From the human T2T-CHM13v2.0 reference genome, Homo sapiens: a DNA stretch of 64,000 bases. The notes under the pieces are model-generated. The model had not been told where the DNA came from. It was given only the letters and a program-made list of their open reading frames with translations, and ran no database searches. A program made the translations under genes and the position numbers. Of the stretch, positions 51,213-64,000 are shown in pieces (the stretch's first letter is position 1; each line of letters starts with the position of its first letter). The DNA lies in assembly GCF_009914755.1 (NCBI RefSeq), contig NC_060929.1. The stretch is one strand, 5' to 3'.

Positions 51213-51955
51213 GCTGTTTCCAATCGTGTTCAATTCACTGAATCCTTAGTGTCTTAGTCATTTTTTAACAGCACCCTAGGTCAAAATAAATACCGAGCAG
51301 TTCCATTTATTAAGTAGTTAGGCTCAAACAATTTATTTATTTATACCTTTTTAATTTTATTTTTCCATAAGTTACTGGGGATGGAAACATATCCATCCCT
51401 GTACTCAGGTCAGTGTCCCAACGAAACCACACAGAATAGGTAGGTTCTCCCCAGAAAGGGGAGAATGGGAGAAGCGGTATAGGACCAAAAACAATGCATC
51501 TCTCATTTTATAGATGAGAGAACAGACTGGTAGTATGGTAGCTTAATAGTTAAGCAGGAAAGCTTTGGAGTCCCACCCATCTGGGTTCATGTTCTCGGTC
51601 AAATTAATGTCATCTTGCCTTTTAAGACTTTAGAGTCCTCATCTGTAAAATGGGTGTAACAGAAGGTAAAGGCCAAGAAATAGAAAACAATAATTATAGT
51701 CCTTGCCTTATAGGGCCAGTGGTTCAAGTAAGGACTGAATGTGTTAATAGACATAAAGTGTCTAGCACAGGTCTGGCAATAGGAAGCCCTCAGTAAATGA
51801 AGCCATTGTAATTACTAATCAGGGAACCTTAAAGTTTACATATCTGGTAAGTGACCCAGGCTTCTGACTCCTGAGGGTTTCCTTCTAACCAGGGAGGCAG
51901 GGAGAGAGTACGCAACAGTGATCTTCCTTTCTTGTCTGTTGCAGAGTGAAGCAAC

Positions 51956-52138
51956 ATGGATGCAGTCAGCCAAGTCCCCATGGAAGTCGTGCTTCCCAAG
52001 CACATCCTGGATATCTGGGTTATTGTCCTCATCATCCTGGCCACCATTGTCATCATGACCTCGTTGTTGCTGTGCCCAGCCACTGCAGTAATCATCTATC
52101 GCATGCGGACTCATCCGATCCTTAGTGGGGCTGTTTGA
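51956..52138 (+). CDS. SMIM3: Small integral membrane protein 3 (NID67), 60 aa, entirely in exon 2
   Basis: [60 protein letters not shown], with one hydrophobic segment followed by basic residues. Kozak AACATGG; acceptor TTCCTTTCTTGTCTGTTGCAG|A at 51944/51945. Confidence 0.95.
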   Translation: MDAVSQVPMEVVLPKHILDIWVIVLIILATIVIMTSLLLCPATAVIIYRMRTHPILSGAV

Positions 52139-53255
52139 GAGCCTCCCAAGAGGGCCGGGTGAGGGATGAGGACAGGCATCCTATCCCCAGCCTCTTCCTG
52201 TCTTCAGAAAAGCAGCAGGAGGGACTTTGGGGCATGGACCTGAGTTCTGGTTTTGATTCTGCCACGAGCCAGCTGTGTGAATTTGGTCAAGGGACCTAAC
52301 TCTCTGAGTTCCAGGTTCCTTATCTTTCAAATGGGGATGGTGATCCCTGCCCTTTCTACCTCATAGGGATGTGAGAACCACCTGACTTAGTGGATGTGAA
52401 AGCTGTTTGTGATCAGTAAAGCTACCACAGATATAAGGGTGTTATGCTGAATCCTGAGAAGCTTTCAAGAACCAGAGAACCTGATTGCTGATGATGGCCT
52501 TAAAGGTGGTGAGGGAGATACTGGGGGCAGAGCAGACTTTGCCAGTGCCCCTCAGGTCAAACCAAGCCAAGAGCACCCTGTCCCCATTCCAAGGGGCCAG
52601 CAGCACTTTGGCCCAAAGTATTTTCTTTAAGGTGCCATTCCTTCATGTTTTCTCAGTTTGGAGGGTGATGGGTAGAGCTTTCCAGAACCTTCTCCATTCC
52701 AGAATCTCTGCCCCTGTGTAATCTGAAGGAAGGCTGTGCCATCTTTGGGCACTGCCAAGGGAGTTGGGGTGATGGGCTTCTTTCTGCACTGGAGTCTCAC
52801 ATCTGTTAGCTTTGACACTCAAGCAATGTTGGAAAATGCAGGGTGACTGAGTTCCCTGCCCAGCTTTCGGGATCTCTGGCCCCCATCCCCTTGTGTGTGT
52901 CCCTCTGCCCAGCTCCTGCTGTAATTAGCTCCACGTGTACCCCCTTCACTCCCTCCCACCAGCTCTGCAGCCAGCCTATGGCAATTATATTTTAAGAGGT
53001 GTTCCCAGGACTTTTGGGACCTACTAAAACAATGATGGTTATTTTAGATGTGATGATTTATATTTATGTAGAGATATTTCTGGACCACTCAAGCTCTTCG
53101 ATACCAAAATCAGGAGCATCTTGGGATTTATTAAATTATGTAAGAAGATAGCACAGATATCGGGATATTATTGTGTGAAAATGCTGCTTTTACTTTGATG
53201 TGATCTCATTGATGTACACAACCAAGTTCCAATAAAGTGCTAGAATGTGCATGTC
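52139..53255 (+). other. SMIM3: SMIM3 3'UTR with a MIR remnant (~52245-52420) and AU-rich distal part
   Basis: Runs from the stop codon to AATAAA; ATTTA at 53056, 53062 and 53126. Confidence 0.75.
53231..53236 (+). terminator. SMIM3 polyadenylation signal
   Basis: AATAAA preceded by TGTA and followed by a GT/T-rich downstream element (TGTCTGAGGTCTTTCTTT). Confidence 0.8.
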
Positions 53256-53741
53256 TGAGGTCTTTCTTTAAAGAGCAACTGTTAAACTCAGAACTCAGGT
53301 AAAAGCCTTACACTGAATGTATGGGCCTTCAAGACAGTTTGAATATAGTAACAGAAAAGGGAAGAGAAGAATCAAATTTACTTCCAGGGCTCTAGCTTCA
53401 GCACGTGGGTGAAGTTGTGCAGGTTACACACAGATAGTGCAGAGGAGAAGAACCGATTTTGAATATCAGATTCAAAGAATGACAAATAAGACCATGAATT
53501 TCGTATTGGACATGTTGCATTTGAGGTGCTTGTGATATTCAGGTGGACTCATTCAGGATGCAGTTGGAGATCTGAGTCTATTCCTGGGAAAGATGTTATG
53601 TCTGGTATTAGGGTATGGGGGATTAACCCCTATGGTAGATAATGGTGTACAAGTAGATAGGATCAGAATATACAGACTTAGAAGAGTGAGATGCTAAATG
53701 CAGAACTTGGAAGACACTAAATAGGAGGGGAAGGAGAGTAG

Positions 53742-53970
<229 letters not shown>

Positions 53971-54111
53971 AATAGTATTTTGTAGGTTAAGAAATGAGTG
54001 GGAGGTTAGGAAGTTGAGACAGTGAGAACAGAAACCTTTCCAAGAGTAGCATTGTAATACAGAGGTAAGAGTTAGAGGAGAGCGTCAGGGGGAAATGGTG
54101 AAGGGGGTTTC

Positions 54112-54775
<664 letters not shown>

Positions 54776-55325
54776 AGGGGATAGTTAAGATGTCATAAGA
54801 TTCTGATAGGTTTGCTCAGCATCTCTTCCAACTGTTTTTCTGGCATGCCTTCCTGGATGGCAGAGGCTGGAAAATAAAACAACAACAAAAAACTACAATG
54901 AAAGTAAAAACCTGTATTTCTGTAACTACACTTGATAGAGATTCAAAAGTGATTTAGGCTTTGCTGTTCAGATGCATGCATACCATGTTTTAGTTTGGAA
55001 CCCAGTTCAGCTGGGAGAGCTAGGACAGGGTGTGAGACAATCACAACACTGGTGTGAATCCCAAAGCTGCAGCACAATCTGGAGCCAAGCCCGCAGCTTT
55101 CTCATGCCTGGATCTCAGTTGAGGTGGGACAGTCCTGCAGCCCACAGCCAAGGCTGTGGCTTTCTTGTTCCCTAGCTTCCCACTTGTTACGGAAGTAGTA
55201 GCTCCCCAGGATGGCCGGTTCTGCAGTATTGATCTGGAAGGAATTCTAGTAACCCCTGCCTTCTGTGCTCTCCCAATCCTTTTAATGATTTTCAGCACAT
55301 AATTCCCCATATTAAAGCATGTTTA

Positions 55326-55615
<290 letters not shown>

Positions 55616-56574
55616 GCAAGCATGTTTAATTTCCATTTGCCAGAGTATACCTTAATTGATCCAGATGGAAGAAAAATCTATTAATTCCTATCAATTATTA
55701 TCCTAGCAATTCAACTTCTAAGTCCATCATGTGATCCAGTATTACAGAAGAAGAAGTCTGTTAATGGGAGGCAGATGGTCTTCTAGCAATAGAGATGGCA
55801 AGGAACTGGTGGCCTCAAGGAGAGCTCAGAGAGGTCTACTGGTGGCGACAGAATGAGAACTTTGCTTATAGTATTGCTGAAACAATACTATAAGAATAAT
55901 GAACACTCTGGGATGCCAACACAGGCGGATCACTTGAGGTCAGGAATTAGAGATCAGCCTGGCCAGTATGGTGAAACCCTGTCTCTACTAAAAAAACAAA
56001 CAAACAAAAAGTGAGATAGTTGAGTTAGAAAATGTATAGTGTTTTGTTGGCCTCTTTGAAAAATAAGCGGTCTGATAATATGTAACAAAGTTTAAAAATT
56101 GTATCTATTGAAATTAGTGCTTATATTAGTTGTGTGAGATGATTTACATTTAAAAATGTAAAGAATATATGTGTGCTTATAGGTAAGAACAATACATGAA
56201 CATATTTTCCATCTGCTCCCAATACGTGTCAGTTCATCTTTCTACATTTAACATTTACTGAAGGTAGCAGAAGTAACGTTTTGGAAGAAAAGGATGTTTG
56301 GTAAATCAGAACACTATTTCTTGCAATAACTAAAGATCATTAATAACATTTCTTCCAAACTTCCCCCTCCCCAACTCCAACTCCAGAAATAACCAACTAG
56401 TTTGATAATTACTAGAAGAAAAAAAGAGAAACAATTGTAATATTTATACAGACATAAAGGAATGGTCTGGTAAATATGGTACAAACAATGAAATAAAACA
56501 CGGCAACTGAGCACTATCTATTATATTGGTAGTTAACAAAAAGCAAAATACAAAATTGCACCTTCTCAACACCA

Positions 56575-56641
56575 AAAAAATTGCAGATTTTGCCATTACT
56601 TTTAGAATGGTAAAAACTGCATTACTTTTGCACCAACCCAA
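56575..56641. mobile_element. MADE1 mariner-derived MITE (one end eroded)
   Basis: AATTGCAGATTTTGCCATTACTTTTAGAATGGTAAAAACTGCATTACTTTTGCACCAACC matches the MADE1 palindrome. Confidence 0.8.
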
Positions 56642-57159
56642 AACAATTATCTATAATAAAGTCATGAATATATATATTGTCAATTTGTCACTAATAAAAT
56701 TATTTTGGTGGTATTTTGTTCCATTTCTTCTTACAGGGGTAATTTTTTCTGTTATACCTCAAATGTAACTGGCTTAAACTGATTTCTTTTTTCAACCAAA
56801 TATGTGTCTTTGGAAACAAACATTCTAATGGCATGCCTCTATACATATCTACCTAGTTCAAGGGAATGCAGTTTGGGAGACTGTGTGTACATGTGTGCAC
56901 ACTCCTGTGCGTACATGTTAAAGTGTAACGTGATCCACCTGAAATGTACATGCAGCTGTTTATATCATGTAGCCATCCATTTCATGATAAATATGTTTGG
57001 AAATAAATTTGTAGTACTACCTCCCAACAGCAAATCTTATTTCCTTTTAGTTTCAGTAATAGTATTTAGTATTAGTTGTCACTAATAAGGATTATTTTTA
57101 ATTTGCAGATGGAAAGCTTCTTCCTTTCCATCCATAAATCGAGTGTTTCTTCTCAAAGG

Positions 57160-57462
<303 letters not shown>

Positions 57463-57744
57463 CTGAAGTATTTGGGAACTTTGTTTCACTGTGATAGCTG
57501 TCTGGGACTTAAATCTTCCGCCAAAGGAAAACCTGGAAAATTTTGTGATTGAGCAAGCAAATCAAGCCCATGCGTAGTAGTAGACTGGGAACCGGTGGGT
57601 GTGAGACCCAGGCTCTATGTGGCCTACACTCTTCTGAACTCTTCTGAGTCTTGATTCCTGGTCTGTGAAGTGTGCAGTGTATCCGAATTAAATGAGAAAA
57701 TCATTCCGTGCTTTTAGGGTGAGTTTGAATAACTTTTAGGCAGT

Positions 57745-57758
57745 CCACCAGATGGCGA
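57745..57758 (+). promoter_or_regulatory. Candidate CTCF site
   Basis: CCACCAGATGGCGA closely matches the CCAC/GC-AG-A/G-G/T-GGCG core, in non-repetitive sequence. Confidence 0.6.
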
Positions 57759-60065
57759 TATAACTTTTTTTTCAAATGGAGTGGTTAGCCTGCCGAAGTT
57801 GTGAGAGTCAGTCCTACAACATTCCTAGCAGATCAAGATTTTATGTTCCCAGTTCTGGCTTCAGAGACTGTAGCGATAACACAGGGCTCATGCAGTCCAA
57901 CATCCCGTATAATACAGGTTGCCAGTTGTTGCCTTTTCAGTATTTCTCCTGTGTGATCCTGGACTGCTTGTGTCAGATTCACACAGGAGCATTTGCTTAC
58001 AAATGCAGCTTCCAGGGCCCTGCTTCAGACGTACTGACCGAGAATCTCTGGAACTGGTTCTTCAGTATCTGCTTTGCAAAAACAATCCGTAAGTGCTCAA
58101 CAAACAGGTTAAAGTCTGAGAGCCACGTGCCAGTGAAAAGGAGGTTCACGTCTTGCTGAAGCCACCCCTTATTAGCTGTTTTGTTAGAATTCCTCCCTCG
58201 GTGAGAGTGGGATTAAGGATTCAGGGATGCTAGTTCTGCCCTCTTGAGGCCACACTGAAGAGATCAACTTCCTTTTTCTTGGGAAATGTCTGAACATTTT
58301 GAAGGTCGCTAATCATGACTTACCTCACCTCCGCCCCTATCTTCTCTGGGGGTGGGGAAGAAGTCATACTTTGCATTACAGGTTGGCTGTCATCCTCCTT
58401 CCCTTTCCAGGAACACTATAACCAGAGACTAAGAGCGAGGACCTTCACTATTTCTTAGCTTTGTGATCGTGAGCAAATAACATAAACTCTTTGAGCCTCA
58501 ATTTCCTCTTCTGTAAAATACGAGTGAAAATAATTATACCTACTTCAAAGGATTGTTATGATTATTACATGGGGTGATGAATGCAAAGTGAAAAGGTAAA
58601 ATATAGCAAAATGTGATCTATTATTAACAATAATGAGCTTCAGTTTCTACATCTGTAAAATGGTGATGATAACTACTAGAGCATGGGGAGAATTAAATGA
58701 GGTAATATAAGTAAGGTAGTTGGTTAATGTCTGACTTAGAAGAGGCTCTCAATAGTAGTAATTATAAGATGGCCAATAATGTAAAAACACCAATGGTCTA
58801 TGCCCCTAATGATGTGGGATTTTAAAAATCACTGAAGTAATGAGATTAGCAATTTCCTTACTGTTATCCTGTAGGATCAGCCTTAGAACAAGTATAAAAC
58901 TTGTATCTCTTCTATACTAAGTTCCTTTTAGAAAATGTTTCTTAATGAATCCACAATTATTTAATAAAACACAAAGTATTCAATTTTTAAGTATTAATTC
59001 CTCACAGAAATTGCTTTCTAAAGTTTTAAGGGTGCAAAAAACATTAAAAATCTTTCAGTAAGCTAAAACTTTAATTAGGCCCTTATATAATTCTTGCTAA
59101 AGAGAGAGAATGGAACTGAGACTGTGAAATGAAATGACAATGATAATATTTCCTTTGAAATTTTTAAGGCCAAGTTGCATTAATGCAACTTTGAAATTGT
59201 TCCAATCACACAAGGTATTTAATTAAAGCAAATGAAAGGCTCTTCAATTCCCATAAAGATTTACATGGTAGGAAAAATGTTTCTGTTTTAGCAGGTCTAT
59301 AACATCATTTTTAAAAATTACAAAAATTATTGTATCTACTTTTAAAGCTGGACAGCAATAGTTATAGAGAGAATCATTTAATTTTAGAGTCAAGCAGACC
59401 AAATTCCCATCTGGCTCCACCAGCGTGTTCCCTTTAGAAAGTAACATTTAAGAGTTTCATTGCCCTTGTTTGTAAAAAAGGGGATCATATTTGCCTCCAC
59501 AGTGCCGCTGAGGGGTTTAAACAAGGTGCTGAATCTAGAACACTTACAGAGAGCCTGTAATAAGTACTCAGTGCTTAAATGTTACCTAAAAACAAAGGAA
59601 GATCATTAGCACTACCGTAAAAAATTATATATGGGTGGGGCACATTGGCTTGATTGGTTTCGCTATATGGGTTTCAACCAAACGTCTTGGGGAAAAATTC
59701 GGAAGGCAATAAAAGGAAAGTGGAAAGGACAAAGAGGATTGGAGTTGGGGAGGGTAAGAGACAGTTATAAGTCTGAGGAAAAATTAGGAAATAGCATAGA
59801 ATTCTAATTCAAATAACTTAATTACCCTTGTATTTATATTTTTTCTTAAAGTTGTTTTACTTTAGTGAGCAGTCTTTCTTCTCAGATTGTGTCTTAGCAT
59901 ATTAATGAAAAAAACAGATGATAATATTACTGTACAATAAGAGTTTAGCAGTGATTGAAATTCAGTGTCAATGAAGACACAGGGCAATGGAGAGAAAAAT
60001 CATAGATATGTCATGAAAACAGTTTTAGTAATTTTTCATTTCAACAACAAATTTCATAATAATGA

Positions 60066-60326
<261 letters not shown>

Positions 60327-60664
60327 TAGTTACTTGTTGTTGTTGTTGTTGTTGTTAGGAAAAGTTCAGTATGAATGCTGTTGTCTCATTCTACATAGCA
60401 ATTGTTTGGGTCATGTATAATAAAGAATTGATACCTACTCTAAAAATGAAGATATTTTGTGTTCTAGGAATTGAGTGGCACTTGGTCAAAGAATGATTTA
60501 TGGAATCTCTGGGCATAAGGGGAATTGATTGCTCTTTAGTTTTTCTTTTCCACACTTAGTACTAAATTATTTTGAATTTATGGGAAGTTAAGCTAAGTGA
60601 ACCACATCTTTCCATTTTGTTGCAAGGAGCTTATCACTTTCTAAACGGAGAACTATACTGTCTC

Positions 60665-61127
60665 GGAGTAATGGATTGAATAGTGGCCCCCCCAAAATTA
60701 TGTCCACTTCCTAAATCGCAGAACCTGTGAATGTTACTTTGAAAAAAAAAGGGGGTCTTTGTAGATGTCATTAAGTTAAGGATCTCCAGATGGGGAGGTG
60801 ATCCTGGATTATCTGAGTGGGTTCTAACCCAGTGACAAGAGTCCTTATAAAAGACACACGAAGGACTGACACACAGAGATGAGAAAGAGGCAATGTAACC
60901 ATGGAGACAGAGACTGGAGTGATGTGCCACAAATCAAGGCAAGTTTGTAGCCACCAGAAGACGGAAGAGGTAAGAAGTACATCATCCCCTGGCCTCCAGA
61001 GGAGTGTGGCCCTGCTAACACTCTGATTTTGGACTCCTGGCATCCAACTGCGTGAGTATAAATTTCTGTTGTTTTAAGCCACCAAGTTTGTGGTCATTTG
61101 TTACAGCGGCCACAGGAAGCTAATACA
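60665..61127. mobile_element. MLT1B/C-type MaLR LTR
   Basis: TGAATAGTGGCCCCCCAAAA...AAATTTCTGTTGTTTTAAGCCACCAAGTTTGTGGT...GGAAGCTAATACA. Confidence 0.82.
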
Positions 61128-61196
61128 CAGGGTAAGCTGATAGGGGAATGAGAGAGTTTTTTCACAGTTGCATGAATGGGTTAAGAATTCTAAAGA

Positions 61197-61368
61197 ATAA
61201 TTAGCCAGGTGTGGTGGTGGATGCCTGTAATCCCAGCTACTCGAGAGGCTGGGAGGCAGGAGAATCACTGGAACCCGAGAGGCGGAGGTTGCAGTGAGCC
61301 AAGATGGCGCCACTACACTCTAGCCTGGGCGACAGAGGGCGACTCTGTCTCAAAAAAAAAAAAAAAAA
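61197..61368 (+). mobile_element. Alu right arm with poly-A
   Basis: AATTAGCCAGGTGTGGTGG...CTCTGTCTC-A tail. Confidence 0.88.
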
Positions 61369-61629
61369 GTTATTTGAAAGAATAAACATTATTGGGTAAG
61401 GGGAGATGACATGGTAGCCATTAGAAAGAGGGGTGGGGGGAGTGAGGAAAAAAGGCAAAAAACAGAGACCAGGAAGGTGAATAACCAGAATGTGAGCTAA
61501 GGAGATGGAATAGGAAGGACACTGTACCCAGGCAGAGTATGGACTGAGGAGAAAAATAAATGATATCCCTAAATATGTTTTAATTTCAGGGAGTTACTTT
61601 GTCTTCTCATATTTTACTCAGATCGCTTT

Positions 61630-61668
61630 GTGTGTGTGTGCGTGCGTGTGTGTGTGTGTGTGTGTGTG
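61630..61668. repeat. (TG)n/(CG) alternating purine-pyrimidine microsatellite
   Basis: TGTGTGTGTGCGTGCGTGTGTG... read directly. Confidence 0.9.
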
Positions 61669-62457
61669 ATGAAATACATATTTTAATTAAATATTTTACC
61701 TCAGAAACAGCCTCTCAGAGAATGTTTTTGGATAAAATGCAATGTTTTGGTAATATTCTCTTCAGAAACATTAAGTTAGGATGTTAGGGTGATGGAAAAA
61801 CCTCAATAAAAACCAGTAGCTTAAGTATGGAGACACTCAGAACTCAGTCATCACATTGGGAAGAAAATGAGATAGTGGAAAAGAAGAAAAAGTCACCCAG
61901 GAAAGAGCCCGAGAAAACTTCTAAGAGTCGGAGTTTTTCACTGATGCTTACCAAAGCTTAGCTGTATGGAATAATGGAGGAATACATCCTTTTAACTTTA
62001 GTCAAGCTTTTTAAATTCTGAAAAGGGGACTCTTTCACTTAGAGTGCTGCAGTACAAGGAAAGCAATTGTTTGGAGAAAATAGGCTATGCATTCTGAAAA
62101 AAAATATTTCTTTTTGGCAAGGGCTATGGATTCCTGTCAATCTAAAGGGATCTCTAAACTTAGGGAGAGGGTAGGAAGTAGCTCTGCCCTCTGAGAGGCT
62201 CTATTTTATTCTGAAAGGCCGAATGTGACAAAAGCAGCTTTAATGATCAGACAGAGCTGAGGTATCCAAAGCTACATATAAAATAGAAGCTTAGGACACC
62301 TGAAAAAACAGACAAGAATTAACACAATAGCAAACAAAATGGCAGACTCAATCACTGCACCTGGCCGAAATATTTCTATGAAGTCAGAGTTTAGCTGGGT
62401 ACCAGAGCAATTTTCTCCCTAAAATTGGGTAATGAAAATTTGAACAGAAGAGGTGGT

Positions 62458-62976
62458 ATGTGCTGATTAATTTTATGTGTTAACTTGACTGGGCTGAAGG
62501 ATGCCCAGATAGCTGGTAAAACATTATTTCTGGATGTATCTGTGAAGATGTTTCCAGAAGAGGTTAGTATTTGAATTGGTAGGCTGAGTAAAGTAGATTA
62601 CTCTCACCAATGTGGTGGTTAGAGAGTCCATCAACCAACCCAGTGAGGACTCGAATAGAAGAAAAAGGTGGAGGAAAGGCAAATTTGTTCTCTTTTCTTG
62701 AGCTGGCACATCCATCTTCTCCCATCCTTGGATGACAGAATTTCTGGTTCTCTGATCTTCACACTTGGGCTAAATTACCCACTGGCTTTCCAAATTCTCC
62801 AACTTGCAGATAGCAGGTTGCAGAGCTTCTCAGCCTCTGTAATCACATGAGCTAATTCCCATAATTAATCTCTGTCTCTGTCTCTCTCTTTTTCTTTCAC
62901 TTAATAAATATGGAGATTTATTGAAGAACCAAGAGGATATACCACTGGTTCTGTTTCTCTGGTGAATCTTAATACA
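62458..62976. mobile_element. MLT2-type ERVL LTR
   Basis: TAATTTTATGTGTTAACTTGACTGGGCT...CCCAGATAGCTGGTAAAACATTATTTCTGG...GGTTCTGTTTCTCTGG. Confidence 0.82.
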
Positions 62977-64000
62977 TAAGGTTAAAATAGATTAACATTA
63001 GAAGCGAAAAGTGAAAATGCCTCAAAATATATTTTAAAACTTCTACTTCAAACTATAGAAAACACGATTTCTTGGTCATCAAATCATGGAAGAACATCTC
63101 ATTCTTGGAATATGTTGAGGTATATGAGAAATCTTCTCATTGCTTCTCAGAATTCTTAGCACCTGCAAAACCATTATTTTGTTTATATAATCTTACAGAA
63201 ATGTTACCCAACTACTAGATTCACGTGAAATAATTTTTTCTTTTGATAGAAAACCAGCGAGGTCAGTAATTTCTGTCGGGAGAAAGAGCAGGAGAAACAA
63301 TTCTCCTTACATGAATTCTTAGGTGTCCAGTTGAAAACATTCCAGAAGAGGGGGTGGACCATGGATGGTGGGAAGCACAAACTTCAGAGCCAGATCCCCA
63401 AAGTTTGGTGAAAAGGCCAGGAAAAGCACCAAATAAACACACAGCCATGCAGCCCTTAACAAGTCTACTTTGTAAAAGCAATTTTGTTAATCTCTTTCTT
63501 CAGGAAACACTTTTTCTTGTGGCGGTATTTACTTTGTTAAACGAAGAAAGTTCCCTGCCTTCTCTCTCTCCAGTTAGGGCTAAAACCTGGACACTGACAG
63601 AGCTAATGTATGTTTGATCTAATCAGTCAAGATCAAGTGGGGGAAAGCAATAAAAATAAATTTCAAAATGTTCTCTATCAAAAATTTTTCAAGAAAAATG
63701 TTCTAATTAAGAATCTCCCTCAAGTATGTTTCTGTACAATTGGACCAGTGAACTGGGACTGGAAGTGTCAAGAGGGTTGTAGAAATGAAAGTATTGCCTC
63801 ATTTTCTGATTTTTGTTCCCACCTACAGGAGCTCCCACAGTGTTCTACTCTTTCCATTTTAGGGAGAAGATGTAGAGCAGTACAACTTTTTTCCCTCTAT
63901 GACATGTCCCAGACCTTTCCGAACTCTTTAGTGCCTCTGATTATTAGTAAACAATTCAAGCTTACTGATGGAGACTGTAACTTTGATGTCATTTTTCTTC

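Noticed and set aside
51829-52114. Antisense ORFs over SMIM3
   Set aside because: Shadow frames of the hydrophobic coding sequence; no promoter or splice support.
55834-55848. Second possible CTCF motif (TCTACTGGTGGCG)
   Set aside because: Only half of the core matches; too weak without ChIP data.
56020-56575. AT-rich unique sequence resembling a retrocopied 3'UTR
   Set aside because: No TSD, coding remnant or recognisable parent; a BLAST search would be needed.

Overview
Primate (human-like) genomic DNA containing two divergently transcribed genes about 20 kb apart. On the minus strand are the first three coding exons and CpG-island promoter of DCTN4 (dynactin p62). On the plus strand is the complete two-exon SMIM3 (NID67) gene, encoding a 60-aa single-pass membrane protein. 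In human this gene pair lies at 5q33.1 (recalled, not derivable from the window). Most of the rest is transposable elements: a near full-length but disabled L1PA3-type LINE-1, older L1 fragments, more than 20 Alus, MaLR/ERV solo LTRs, Tigger/Charlie/MADE1 DNA-transposon relics, MIR and L2. No CRISPR, tRNA or rRNA was seen, and I found no convincing new multi-gene system. The most unusual signals are repair/rearrangement scars in the SMIM3 intron: a multi-template insertion at 43.7 kb and an L1PB with a fold-back 5' end and a flipped 3' tail. There is also an open frame across SMIM3 exon 1 that, once spliced, stops 6 nt before, and in frame with, the SMIM3 ATG. Repeat subfamily names come from recalled consensus motifs and need RepeatMasker/Dfam confirmation.
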